64,000 nucleotides of DNA from Balanoglossus misakiensis (Eukaryota > Animalia > Hemichordata): assembly GCA_040954595.2 (NCBI GenBank), contig CM082584.2, positions 9,505,061 through 9,569,060 of the forward strand, written 5' to 3'. Both the position numbers and the translations under genes were made by a program. This document shows positions 52,301 to 63,000 of the stretch, in pieces. Numbering within the stretch: position 1 is the stretch's first letter; each line of letters starts with the position of its first letter. Under the pieces are notes generated by a model. The model was not told the origin of the DNA, ran no database searches, and saw nothing but the letters and a program-made list of their open reading frames with translations.

Positions 52301-55300
52301 TTTGGATAAAAATGAGGCAGTTACAGTGAAACAAAGTAAACCAAGAATGGACTTTTCTAATAGTGTTGATTACATTTATGGAGTGATTGAAAGTTAAAAG
52401 AAAGTGGTTGGACTCATAGCAATGCATCGAGAACAGTGAAAATAACAGTATGATGGAGGCTTAAGTGTTCAGTAAAGCTGAAAGCACCACAATTCTTTGT
52501 GCACTTGTACTTGCCTAGCCTGACTACAACTTGGTTATATTATAGATTTTGCATATTTTCCTCCTTATTTTACACTTTTTGAGTAAAACATGCCTCTCTC
52601 TGTTCACTTTCAGTTCCAAAATCTCAGGCGCTCAACTTCACTCAACTCCCCTTTTATCTGAACAATCTGCGCTACACGGAAGACTTCATCCGCGTCATCA
52701 AGGATGTCCGCAACATCTCGTCGCACTTTGCGGCCAGGGGTCTGCCCAACTACCCCAGGGGGGTTCCCTTCACCTACTGGGAGCAGTACGTCAACCTGCG
52801 CTTCTTCCTGATGTTGGCGCTGATCAGCGTGCTGGGTGCCAGCTTTCTGGTGAACACCATCATCCTCGTCAACCCGTGGGCGGCCGCCATTGAGGTAAGG
52901 ATATCACATCCAGTAACCATGGCCGCAAAATGTCTGGGTGGGGACCTTCTTGTTCAAACTGTGTGCTATTTTTATCTCATCGTCAGCTTTTCCAACAGTT
53001 GGAATGAATAATTCTTAAAGCATGAACGCTTCCAAAAATGGTATTGTCGTAAAAGGTAAACAAATGAAAGAGCTAGCTTGGTGTCCTACACTTAGAAAGA
53101 TTTGTCACTGAATTCCACGTCACTAAACACACTTGTGGCCGGATTTCACTTTACTCTCTGTACGCGACATACTTTTCGCCACCATAGCGCACATACTGAT
53201 GTAGATAACAAAGGTTGTTGCCATGGCAATGGTAGTTAGCCATGAGGAATTTGAAACGGAGCACTTTACATTCCCCAACTTAGTGTTAGCTTCAGTGGAG
53301 AACGGGAGGAAATATCAATGGGATGCATCTTGTGTCTCTCCCGGGTCCCGCGTTCGGTTGTCTGTTCTCGTGGAGAACCGTTGAAATCGATTGCCTAAGA
53401 CAAATTCAGGCCAGTGGTCAGTGGGGATGCCCGGACCGATAGATTGGACAAGATTGTCCAGCACTGGCGACCGTCCCTTTGAAGTTCTGCACAACAGATT
53501 TTGTGTTCAAGACGCCATGTTGCGCTGAGTGGCACTTGAAAAATCTGACTGACAAGTCAAAATCAATGCAACGTACAGGGCATATACACCGGGCCGTGAT
53601 AAAGAGAGTGTTACCTCTTCCAAAATTGATCTTTAAAAAGGAAAGTTCAGAATGGTGGCCTTTGTGGCGGAGAAGAAAGACGGACATGGTGCCCATTTTT
53701 CCGTGAATGGTGCTGTCCCCTCCTCTTAATAACCGTAATCAATTAAACTGTGCTAAGCAGACCTCCCCCTAGGTTTGCGATTTGAATGGCCCCGGTGAAT
53801 GTGGACACCCAGCTGAGCAGAATCAATACTGTATTAAAGGGGAACTGTTGAATGAGGGGACAACTCGGGTATCTCGGTTAGTGTAAGCGTGGGTCAGGCT
53901 CATGTTGATCAAAGAATATCAAGTCTGCGGAAAATTGGAATGCGATTTTTCCCATCCCAATTCAATCAAACACATAGGTCCACATTGTGTTGAGTTCGTT
54001 GTACAATGTACATTATTATTGACAGCAGGTGATGTCAGTCAATATTATACCTGGGCACACACTCTGTTCCAGCAGTCTTTGATCTATTGATTAATTATTT
54101 AAGAGCTGTGTATTATGGGAGGCTAATGAGCCAGGCGATTCTCATAGCTGCTAAAAGCAGGCTGGTAATCTCTACCAGGGCAGGGGGGACACCCAAGAAG
54201 CTAGCTGAGATCTCACGGTCAATATTTTTTTTTTGTCGAACGTGCCAAGCAAAGAACTGTGGAAAGAATGCAGTGCATGCATTTTATCAGTGTATTTAGG
54301 GCTATCTCAAAATCAATTTTAGGAGGGGAGGAGTAACTGAATAAAAAAGTCAAGCAACACACCGTTTTGAATTATGGCTTCATCAGATGATCATGTCTCA
54401 TCTTTTGTATTTGCAGGTGTTCGTGTTGGCGGCCATGACGACGGAACTGTTTGGGTTCATGGGATTGATTGGGATAAAACTGAGTGCCATCCCGGCTGTA
54501 ACTCTCATCTTTTCCGTTGGTGTTGGAGTGGAATTTACACTGCATGTTGTCTTGGTAAGTCGAACTTCCAATCCTTTCACCTGTACCGGTACATATGAGC
54601 CGTACTTATACTTACAAACATATACAAACCAGAATTTTTCCTTGTTAAGATTTTGTTCACCTCAGCGATGTCACCCCTTACATGGCATTCATCTAGAACA
54701 TGCAGATTTGTTGCTGTAAAAACTTGTCTCCAGAAAATTGTCTGTATCTGTCTTCTAGAAAATAACTAAAAAACTGTGTTCTGATTTCTTGTTTAGGGCT
54801 TTCTTACTTCCATTGGTGATCGCAACCGACGCATGTGTATGGCATTGGAACACATGTTTGCCCCTGTTGTTGATGGTGCTATGTCAACTCTGGTTGGAGT
54901 GGTCATGTTGTCTGGATCAGAATTTGAATTCATTGTCAGGTAAGTTTGATTTTGTTCGTGTGGAGATGAGTGCGCCAATTGTCACATCTGACAGAGACGA
55001 TTTGCATCAGAACTGTACCCCACTGCCAAGTTGTTTTCCACCCAATTTTGGGCTCAGGGGATATCCCAGAATGCAACATTCTCCACATTATCACCATTTT
55101 AAAACATGGCACAGGTCACATGTCAAGTTCAGGCTTAACTGTTCTTGGTATGTTCTAAACATCAGATCTCGGTTTATTTTTGCTGCCGATGCGTACTGTA
55201 CGTGGTAAAAAGCCTTCCAGAGTCTGTTCTCCAGCTCTGTGTAGGTAGGAAGTTTGTTATGGAAAATGATCTAACCAGCTCTCACCAGGGGCTCGGCCGA

Positions 55301-58300
55301 GTCATTATAAGCCAGCGGCCTAAAGTTACACCGGCCATCTATGATAGCCGCACAACAGATCTAAATAAGAAACCCATACAGAGATCTTTCCTTCAAGTGC
55401 ATGAGGGGGATATCGATAGCGGTTTGTGGTTTCGTCATACAGTGTGTATGACTGCAGCGGAATTCTTTACGGCTGCTACGCCATTCCACAACCGCTGGTG
55501 TCGGCTTTCCTGCCTTTTAGTCCTTGGTCCCACCACAGAGGAGATATCTCCTTCCGATCAATGGAACCATCACATGAAAATCAACTGCTGTCCAGATGGA
55601 CCATTCGGGCATCTTATGAGGCTGTGAATTCTTATGAAGTACCTGTGAACTTTGACCTCAGCTTTTACGCTACCATGGGGGGGGGGGGACAGAGACTGAT
55701 TCTTTCTTGAAAGAATTTAGTAGTAAGTGACTATAGTAACAGTTCAGTTAATTATGAAAAACATAAAACTCCAGCGTCTAGTTATACTTGATTTCAGCCC
55801 TTGATTCTAAGAGTGTGCATTTGTTCTTAGTCACAAATATATAGCAGTATTTTTTTCATGACACTAGAGAATATTAAAAAAAATGTAATCATAAAAAAAT
55901 GGATGCATACTAAAACTGACATTGTGAAAGCTTCATTAATTCTTTCAAAGTTGTCCGGTATGTACCATTCAGAATTGTGGTTGGCTTGTGTTCCTTATTT
56001 GTACACCCACTTCTCAATGTTATGTAAATATATGCAAGGAAATTGCGTTGCCTCGCAGTGGTATATAGTTTATCTAGTCCGCGTACACTTTTCCCCGGCA
56101 CTGTTTGTTGCGTGTATGCGTGTGTGTGTATGTGAATGCAGCCTGACAGGGTGGGCCTTGTTAAAGTGTTGGGTGGCTCTATGCTAAAAGATTCTCCAAA
56201 GTGAACTTTTAATTGTTGACCTCCGCGAGATTCTGCCCGCATTGTGTCTGACTAGCCAGGCGCGAGAGGAAAAGCCCCGGGGCTGGCGTTTTAAATACAG
56301 GCCAAATCGGCCATATTATGCATGGGCAACCAGCTATAAAAAAAGATATGGCACTGTCAACACACGGATGGACTCCGAGTCAAGAAGTAAAGACTCGGGC
56401 TGCGGTCGGCGCTTTGATTTTTGATACAGTTGTGTTTCACTCTGTTTTGGGTATTTTTTGAATTATTAGTCAGATCAAAAAGTAGATGTTATCAGGGACT
56501 GACTTTCAGTCTTCATTCTCTCGGAATATATCTGATTCCCCTGGACCCAATTCCTCCTGGAAATACACATTTATCTTTGAACCTCAGGGCAAATTTCAGT
56601 TCTATTTCGTAACATTGACCAGTAAGTAAACATTCTCTCTGCTGGTTTTTTTGTTCGTTTTTGTGTATGTGGTCCAGTCATTGAAAGTTCGATATGTGCA
56701 GAAGTTGGGGTTATTTTCGTACGTTCTGTGTGAGAAACTCTTCCCCAGGGAGTGCCTTATCAATTTTTTTAGTGACAGATGTAAAGGCGGGTAGGCGGGT
56801 GATGGTCTGAGGGGTTTTTCCACAGCTGACAATATAGATCGCAAGTAAGATAGACTCTTTCTTGTATTCCGTAGCTCAGGCTTGTTGGCGGTGTTGCTCT
56901 ACTTTTTGAGTGAACTGTCCCCTTTCTGACATCGTAGCTTGAGAACCGATAAACAGTGAAGTCTTTCATGGTTCCATGCGCTCGATCCGTCCCCTGTATG
57001 TTTCCTGGTGTCGAAAAGGTATATTTTTTGGTGAAAAAACTTTGCCAAAAATCAATCAGTGCTGGTGAATTTTCACGAAATCTGTTTTGAGGCGCCCAGA
57101 TTTTTCCCAAGGCCCGTAGAAGAAAATGCAAAGTTTGTAAAAACGACAAGTAGGGGGCAAATGTGTCTTTTCAAATTGTCCACGGTAACCTGATACGTGT
57201 CAGGCACACAAAGAGAGAAATCTGACACAAATGTTTCAGTTTGAAATCTTTCTTAATTCTTTCTTGATGAGGGGGACTCTCTCCCTCCCCCCTCAAAGTC
57301 ATATACTACAATGAGTGGCTGTACCTACAGATATGATGCAATGTTAAAGTGTTCCACAAGGAGTCTTCTGAAAGAGAAGGGGGCCACAGAGTCTTGAAAC
57401 CCTAGCCTGTTTAAATGTTATGTGGCAGTCAGCGTTGGTCTCCTGGTTTTTTCGGAGAGCCTAGGTGTCAGGGGGATCGAGAGAACGGGTACGGGGGTCT
57501 GCGACTTTTTTTTCTTCTTCTTCTTCTTCGGCACGTTACCCTGAAAGGGGTAAAGTTGTCTTGTACATAAGGGGTATCCGGCTGCTGGAAGGATGAATGA
57601 ATTTCTAAAGTTCTGCAACTGTAGACTGGTGGCTTATGTTTCAGCGGGCTTTGTGCGGCCCTGCAACCCTGTCTCCCGTCAATTGTTGGCCATTGTTTAC
57701 CAAGAATGCTTTTCAAAGGCGGGAGTGTAAACCAGCAGTGTGTGTATTGATGTCAGAACATCAGGTTGAATGTCTCTGTGTGTGTGAGGCTGATGCCTTC
57801 ATAACCGCTGTCAATTTTTCACACACACACCCTACACTTATACCAGCAGTTTATTTTTTCACAGATACTTCTCATCAGTCGGCAAATTTTAATTTGGTCA
57901 TTGCTTGTGCTAAGGGCACTGATTATCTGCAGTCACAACTTTTCAAACTTTTGGCAAATAAAATAAACCAAATGGACAGGTGGGGGATATAATCTGTCAA
58001 AAGCTGAACTTTTAATAAAACGGAACTATGCCTTCTTAGAGCTTAACATGAGACCTGGTGCCAGCTTTATATTTTCCAAAACATTTGTGTTTATGTCTGT
58101 TTTCTTCACTGCCAGCAATGCAAAGGAGTGTCTGCAGTTTTTGTGCCATCGTTAAAAAAATGTTTTTCTCTCTTCGTTTCTGTAGATACTTCTTCTATGT
58201 GTTTGCTGGGGTCATCATCATCGGTCTCTTCAATGGTCTAGTCCTACTTCCAGTTCTGCTCTCGCTCATTGGACCCCCTGCAGAGGTAAGCTTCTCCTAG

Positions 58301-59188
58301 TGTTATCCATTGGTAAATTTTAATCTCGCCCTTTAGAAATAAAAATTTGTGTGGTCAAATGTCCATCCATGGTTATTAATAGTTAAATTCTAATTATGGT
58401 AATTTCCTTCTCACACAGGTGCGACCAGCCAATGACGCGGACAGACTCAGCACACCGACTCCAGAGCCCACACCACCATTGGACCGTGGCTTCGTGATGC
58501 ATTCTGTGCGAAGGCACCAGAGGTACGCAGACTCGCCGTCGGATGTGTCGTCGTCGGGCATCGGGGAAGGTTTCCGACATCCGTTCAATCCCAGCGAACA
58601 CATTGAGATTCACCCTCCGGAGTTTGTGGTGGAAACGTTGACTTGCCACACGCCTCCACGAGAAAAGGTAAGGAATAGTTTAACTCCAGTAGGAGCAATC
58701 CTACCACATCCGTGAAATCCAATGTAGTGCAGGAAAACAATGCATCAGAAAAATGCAGTGTGACATAGAAGTTTTTGGATCTCTTAAAATTTCAGCTGAG
58801 CTGTACAGGCACTTGTTTGCACAATGTTTAACTATATGACCTTCTCTTTAATTCTCCCCAGGCAAAACGCATGTCAAGAAGACAGAGGTCGAGAAGAGGC
58901 CAAAAGGAACCCAAACTCCGCCATCCCCCGTTACCAAACCAACAACTCAGCTCGTCATCCTCCCCATCCTCATCTCCGCACTCGTCCCCGTCGCTCCCCC
59001 GCCAGGTTACCACGGTGACAGCCACAGCCAGGGTGTCCATTGTCCACCGGGGTGCCAGCGGGGTGGACAAGGGAGAGTCCGGACACAGTTACAAGTCGCA
59101 CCGGAGGAGAGACCAAGTCAAACTGACCTACCCTGCACTTGAGGACCACTGCAATTATAATGATCTGGGTTCAGATACAAGTGTATAG
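25296..59188 (+). CDS. ptc: Protein patched homolog (Hedgehog receptor; RND-like 12-TM sterol-sensing-domain protein), spliced CDS of 24 exons, ~1345 aa from ATG 25296
   Basis: Manual splicing gives one continuous frame of 4038 nt with GT-AG introns and consistent phases. Patched motifs: [144 protein letters not shown]. Confidence 0.97.
26303..26495 (+). CDS. ptc: ptc exon with TM1 ([13 protein letters not shown]...[10 protein letters not shown])
   Basis: gacag|GGG and G|gtagg; 193 nt; phase 0 to 1. Confidence 0.96.
34011..34200 (+). CDS. ptc: ptc exon, ECD1 ([10 protein letters not shown]...QTPK..GANILT..AL)
   Basis: ttccag| and AT|gtaagt; 190 nt. Confidence 0.96.
34455..34524 (+). CDS. 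ptc: ptc exon ([23 protein letters not shown])
   Basis: ttgcag| and |gtatgt; 70 nt. Confidence 0.93.
34697..34800 (+). CDS. ptc: ptc exon ([26 protein letters not shown])
   Basis: tttcag| and GA|gtaagt; 104 nt. Confidence 0.96.
35874..35991 (+). CDS. ptc: ptc exon ([15 protein letters not shown]...ILEA)
   Basis: ttgcag| and GCG|gtaaga; 118 nt. Confidence 0.95.
36047..36206. mobile_element. Non-autonomous Tc1/mariner (pogo/Tigger-type) MITE, ~160 bp
   Basis: TIRs CAGTAAAACTTG and CAGGTTTTACTG; TA on the right flank (CA on the left); internal sub-repeats aaacctgtgtataccgaacacc and aacctctgtaaacccgacacc. Confidence 0.8.
36933..37025 (+). CDS. ptc: ptc exon ([31 protein letters not shown])
   Basis: Atypical A-run acceptor (cccaaaaaaaag|); CAG|gtgagt; 93 nt. 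Confidence 0.94.
38367..38488 (+). CDS. ptc: ptc exon ([30 protein letters not shown])
   Basis: acgcag| and AG|gtgaga; 122 nt. Confidence 0.96.
40958..41105 (+). CDS. ptc: ptc exon (EAFQSILQL...[17 protein letters not shown])
   Basis: ctgcag| and GAG|gtaggt; 148 nt. Confidence 0.96.
41656..41787 (+). CDS. ptc: ptc exon, end of ECD1 and start of TM2 (..[16 protein letters not shown])
   Basis: ttccag| and ATG|gtaagt; 132 nt. Confidence 0.95.
42001..42159 (+). CDS. ptc: ptc exon, sterol-sensing domain ([13 protein letters not shown]...FNASTTQ)
   Basis: tctcag| and CAG|gtaaga; 159 nt. Confidence 0.97.
42354..42446 (+). CDS. ptc: ptc exon, TM4 with GxxxDD ([19 protein letters not shown])
   Basis: ttcaag| and GCG|gtgagt; 93 nt. 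Confidence 0.97.
47507..47515 (+). promoter_or_regulatory. GLI/Ci consensus site GACCACCCA (intronic)
   Basis: Exact match; GACCACACA variant nearby at 47937-47945. Confidence 0.55.
49272..49397 (+). CDS. ptc: ptc exon, TM5 ([18 protein letters not shown]...[11 protein letters not shown])
   Basis: tttcag| and CAG|gtaaga; 126 nt. Confidence 0.97.
50205..50323 (+). CDS. ptc: ptc exon, TM6 (FAIVVIFNF...[23 protein letters not shown])
   Basis: caacag| and AG|gtaagt; 119 nt. Confidence 0.97.
50538..50958 (+). CDS. ptc: ptc exon, central cytoplasmic loop (..[21 protein letters not shown])
   Basis: atgcag| and AAG|gtgtgt; 421 nt. Confidence 0.95.
51221..51533 (+). CDS. ptc: ptc exon, TM7 and start of ECD2 ([13 protein letters not shown]...[10 protein letters not shown])
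   Basis: acacag| and G|gtaagt; 313 nt. Confidence 0.97.
51661..51806 (+). CDS. ptc: ptc exon (LQEAYDREW...[18 protein letters not shown])
   Basis: atgcag| and CAG|gtgaga; 146 nt. Confidence 0.96.
52110..52284 (+). CDS. ptc: ptc exon ([21 protein letters not shown]...SQAALHPEP)
   Basis: acacag| and A|gtgagt; 175 nt. Confidence 0.95.
52614..52894 (+). CDS. ptc: ptc exon, end of ECD2 and TM8 (QLPFYLNNL...[17 protein letters not shown]...NPW)
   Basis: tttcag| and GAG|gtaagg; 281 nt. Confidence 0.97.
54417..54554 (+). CDS. ptc: ptc exon, TM9-10 ([17 protein letters not shown]...[10 protein letters not shown])
   Basis: ttgcag| and TTG|gtaagt; 138 nt. Confidence 0.97.
54797..54939 (+). CDS. ptc: ptc exon, TM11 ([37 protein letters not shown])
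   Basis: gtttag| and AG|gtaagt; 143 nt. Confidence 0.97.
58186..58285 (+). CDS. ptc: ptc exon, TM12 (YFF...[19 protein letters not shown])
   Basis: ctgtag| and GAG|gtaagc; 100 nt. Confidence 0.97.
58419..58667 (+). CDS. ptc: ptc exon, C-terminal tail 1 ([11 protein letters not shown]...HPPEFVVET)
   Basis: acacag| and AAG|gtaagg; 249 nt. Confidence 0.93.
58862..59188 (+). CDS. ptc: ptc last coding exon (..[12 protein letters not shown]...GSDTSV*)
   Basis: ccccag| acceptor, phase 0; conserved TTVTA(S/T)A.V.V-type motif; TAG at 59186-59188 immediately followed by TAA. Confidence 0.92.
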   Translation, partial: AKRMSRRQRSRRGQKEPKLRHPPLPNQQLSSSSSPSSSPHSSPSLPRQVTTVTATARVSIVHRGASGVDKGESGHSYKSHRRRDQVKLTYPALEDHCNYNDLGSDTSV

Positions 59189-60096
59189 TAAGGTGAGTGA
59201 CGTGCAGAATTGCATCCACTTTTTGCGTCACCTCAGAGTAATTCCTAAGAAAATTGGAAAGACTGTCCTCTCGAAGTGAATCGAGCTGCTTTAAATACTT
59301 ACCGAAAGAGTAGAATTGATTGACATTCAGTACTTGTGGATTCGTTCTTCACGGTCTAAAATTACCCTCAGTGTCCGGGAAACGCCAAAAGACCGCTTCA
59401 CAGGTGGTTCTCATCCAAACTCATCAAAAGAAGGATCCCGGCAACATATACGATATGCAAATATTTCAGACCCCTCGGGTTGGTGGTTGATAACTTCCCC
59501 CCCCCCCTCCTCCCCCATCGTGAGACTCTTCTAATTCTGGGGGACATCTCCTTCACACAAGCACTTGTCTTGTTTTGACATGTGGCAGTTGAAGTGAATG
59601 CCCTTCAAAGTGATTAAAAAAATGAGCTGATGATGTTGCCTCCTCATTTGCTGTGTCTAACTCTTCATCCAATTGAGTGAGCATCCACTGACGCGGAAAA
59701 ATGGATGCAGTCTTTAAATGACTTGTTTAACCTCATGCTGGGCACCAAATTTTCAACAAAATTAATAAAAAATAAATGAATGTGAACAGAGTCTAAATAT
59801 TCCCAGCAGGGAACCTGGCTGGGCATAATTTGAATCCAGGGTTACTGGGTGGTTTGGAAATCTATTGCTGTGTGTGTGTGCGCGCCAAACATTAGGATCA
59901 GCCCACTATATCACAGGGGTGGATCAGTCCATTGTTTCACAGGGCATCTTAAGATCAACTTGGTCGGCACAGCAAGTTTGCTCCCAACTCATTTTATCCC
60001 GAAAGACAGACATCGCTTCATAGCTATAGCCCCTGGCCAATATGAAGACTGGTGAATTTTTCACTCAACTTATCCAATTCATTTTCTCTTTTACAG

Positions 60097-63000
60097 ATAC
60101 TTTCTAAAGAAACCTGTAAATATACCAGTAGATGTAGAAGACAGAGATATATATTTCACCCAAGTGAACTGTTCGATTACGGAGATCAACGGAGGACGGA
60201 GCAGCATTTGTTTTGCTGTTCGGAAGCTATTGTATGATTATTTTTGATGAACTCCTTGGTGCTACAGCAACCTCTTTCTATGATTTCCTTGTTGAGAGAG
60301 CTTTATAACTTTGCATGTAAAGATTATATACCTATTTATTTATTGCAGATATTATTTCTTTATGTTATTTTGTATCATAAAAGTCAACAAAATAGAGAAT
60401 TTTGGAGAAAGATTTCATGACTTCTTTGTTACCATGTAAATTTCCAATGTAGTATAATATTATGAAGAAATATCTATGTTTGTATGGAAAAAATTAATTT
60501 TTGTTGACGTGAAGCAAGATACAAGAGATTGAAACATAATTTTATATATATATATGTTTCAAAATTCCTCAAGATGGTCAGGTAGATGTTTTCAGACAAA
60601 ATCTTTATATCGTATCTTTTTTATTTTATTTTATGATGTATCCAATCACAGAGCAAATCCCTCTCGCAGCGAAATTGCCTGATCGCTGAACTGCTTTCTT
60701 ATCTACCTCCAGTATGTGAACTTGCCCTAGTTACAGCTGACCATCTGGAAAGACAAACTGACCAATGAAACTGTGCCAGTATTATATTGAAATGAAACAC
60801 CCTCCCCAGTCGAATTTTGAGAGACTGAACTTGTAGAGGTTGGAGGGGAGGTGTAAAGTGAGTTAGTTATTTCTTGAGGAATTCTACAAACCTATAATCA
60901 GGGTGTATAGTCAGGTTTTCTACTGACAACCCACAGTTTATACTTAAAAAATAACTACTTATTTATTAACCATGCCATTGTTTCAAGCTGATTTTCAACT
61001 TGGATTCACTCCGTGTTCATACATTGGAAGCAAATTTTACTCTCAGTGGCAAAATGAATCAAGAGCTGGGATGAGATTGTAACCAGACTGTAGAAATTGG
61101 CTGTCTCTGCTTGATGTCCATCGCGATGCAAGGCAAATTACTGAATGCTAAAATGCCGACATTATTTTTATAACTGTTTTCCAACTAAAATTTACTCAAC
61201 ATACATAACTTCACAGTTTTATTTTACTGTTGATGAGTGCCTGGTACCACGTTGCTTAGATTTCCCAATGATTCCTTTTAACCAATCGTGTCTCGACACC
61301 AGTAATTTCTTTCTCGTTCAAAATTGCTCAGTTTTTTCATCTTGCCCCCTTTTGAGCATTTTTTATAAATTTGATATAAAATATGCGTTTAGTGAATATG
61401 TGAATTTTTTTAAAAGTCATTTTGTGGTAACACAGTTACTTAACGTACCTCTGTCTTCCATAGAGATGAATCACGCGACGTTTCTTGCCAACATGAAAAA
61501 AATAATTGCAAGCAACTGGATGTCGCCCAGTTCATGTTGAAAGAAAAATAGAAGTCAACTGCGCAATCATTGGTCACTGCCATTGGCTGTGTTGTCACAA
61601 AATGCTCCACAATAGGCTGTATTTTACCAGAAATATGCATATTATTTGCATAATGGATTGATTGACAGCTATTTATACTGAAAATGTTCTTCTCAAGATG
61701 TGCCCTGCTTCCAGCCTATGTGAACTCATATGTGCCTTATGTACTGTGATATTTATATTTAAATAGACCAGTTTTGATTAACTGGGGTTCTAAACTGAAA
61801 ATGTAATACGTGTGAATTGTAATATTTGTAATGCTCATGTTATTATTCGATAGAAAAAGGAAAAACTTGTTGGTTTAAAATTGTTCATCCGTTTTCGGGT
61901 GGCAAGTTTCAGTTTATGGAGAGGCATGATTACAATATGTTAATGTCCAAGAGTAGCTGATCTCCAAGAGTTGTCACATTACCTCACAACACCCCTCTCC
62001 CGCCTGTGACCGACAAATGGTTGAGTCCATCCCTTTTGGTGCCAGGAAGAACTGGACCTCTCCACTTACTCGCGGGGAGAGGCTAGAGTATTGTAGTCAG
62101 AAGAACATTTTCCCGAATTCCCTTCACTTACAGAGAGTTTTGTTCTAAACTGTATCTATTATCTATGTATTGAACTTCATAAATTATTTATATTAAGATA
62201 TATTTTTCTAGTGTACAGAGTAGAGGACAAACTAAGAGAAGAGAAGCTTTTTTTTTCAGTTGATGATTTTCGGAAGATGTTAAATAATGATTTAAAAGAT
62301 TCCGTGTTTTTATTTTCTGTTGGAATGTATTTCAGAGAATGAGCTTTGCATCGGTTGGCAAGTACATTTGTGCTTGTTTCTGCAAGATTGTAACCTTTGA
62401 CCCTAATCAACATTTAGACTTTGTGGAGTTAGTTACAAATGTTATATTTCCTGGTCTGGACACAAAAAATCAAGACTTTGGCGTCAATTTTCTGGACCTT
62501 CATGTGCTATTTTATGTTTCTAAGAATTTTTTCATGGGCATGAAAAGTCTTCTGAACTAAAATCATCTCGTGATACAAATTAGCGGTCCTCGCATGGTAT
62601 ACTGTCCAAGTGGCTGCCGTGAGAACAACTCTGTATAAGGGCATTAGTAAAAAGAAAAAGAGAAACTTTGTCATCTCAAATCAAATTTTTATTTCGGTCT
62701 CCAACCCCTCTGTACATGGGTTTACTCCCAGGTAATGCAAATTTTGATGAATGTCCTAAATGGTATCTACAATTCCGTATAGAACTGTAAGGATGTACCT
62801 GACTTAACGCTGTTTTTTGGTTTTCGAACTTCCAAGTATTCTCAGATGCAGCTGGTTAACTTGTACAGTGGGCCAGTATACCCCTCAACTCCCCCCCCCC
62901 TCCTTCAGTTGTCAAAAAAAACCTCGCACCCAAGTTACTAGTAACTCAGAGGCATTCAGTTTATTATTAAGCAGGGCCAGTCACTATCATTTTACCAGGG

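Noticed and set aside
59186-59191. Possible stop-codon readthrough
   Set aside because: TAG is immediately followed by an in-frame TAA
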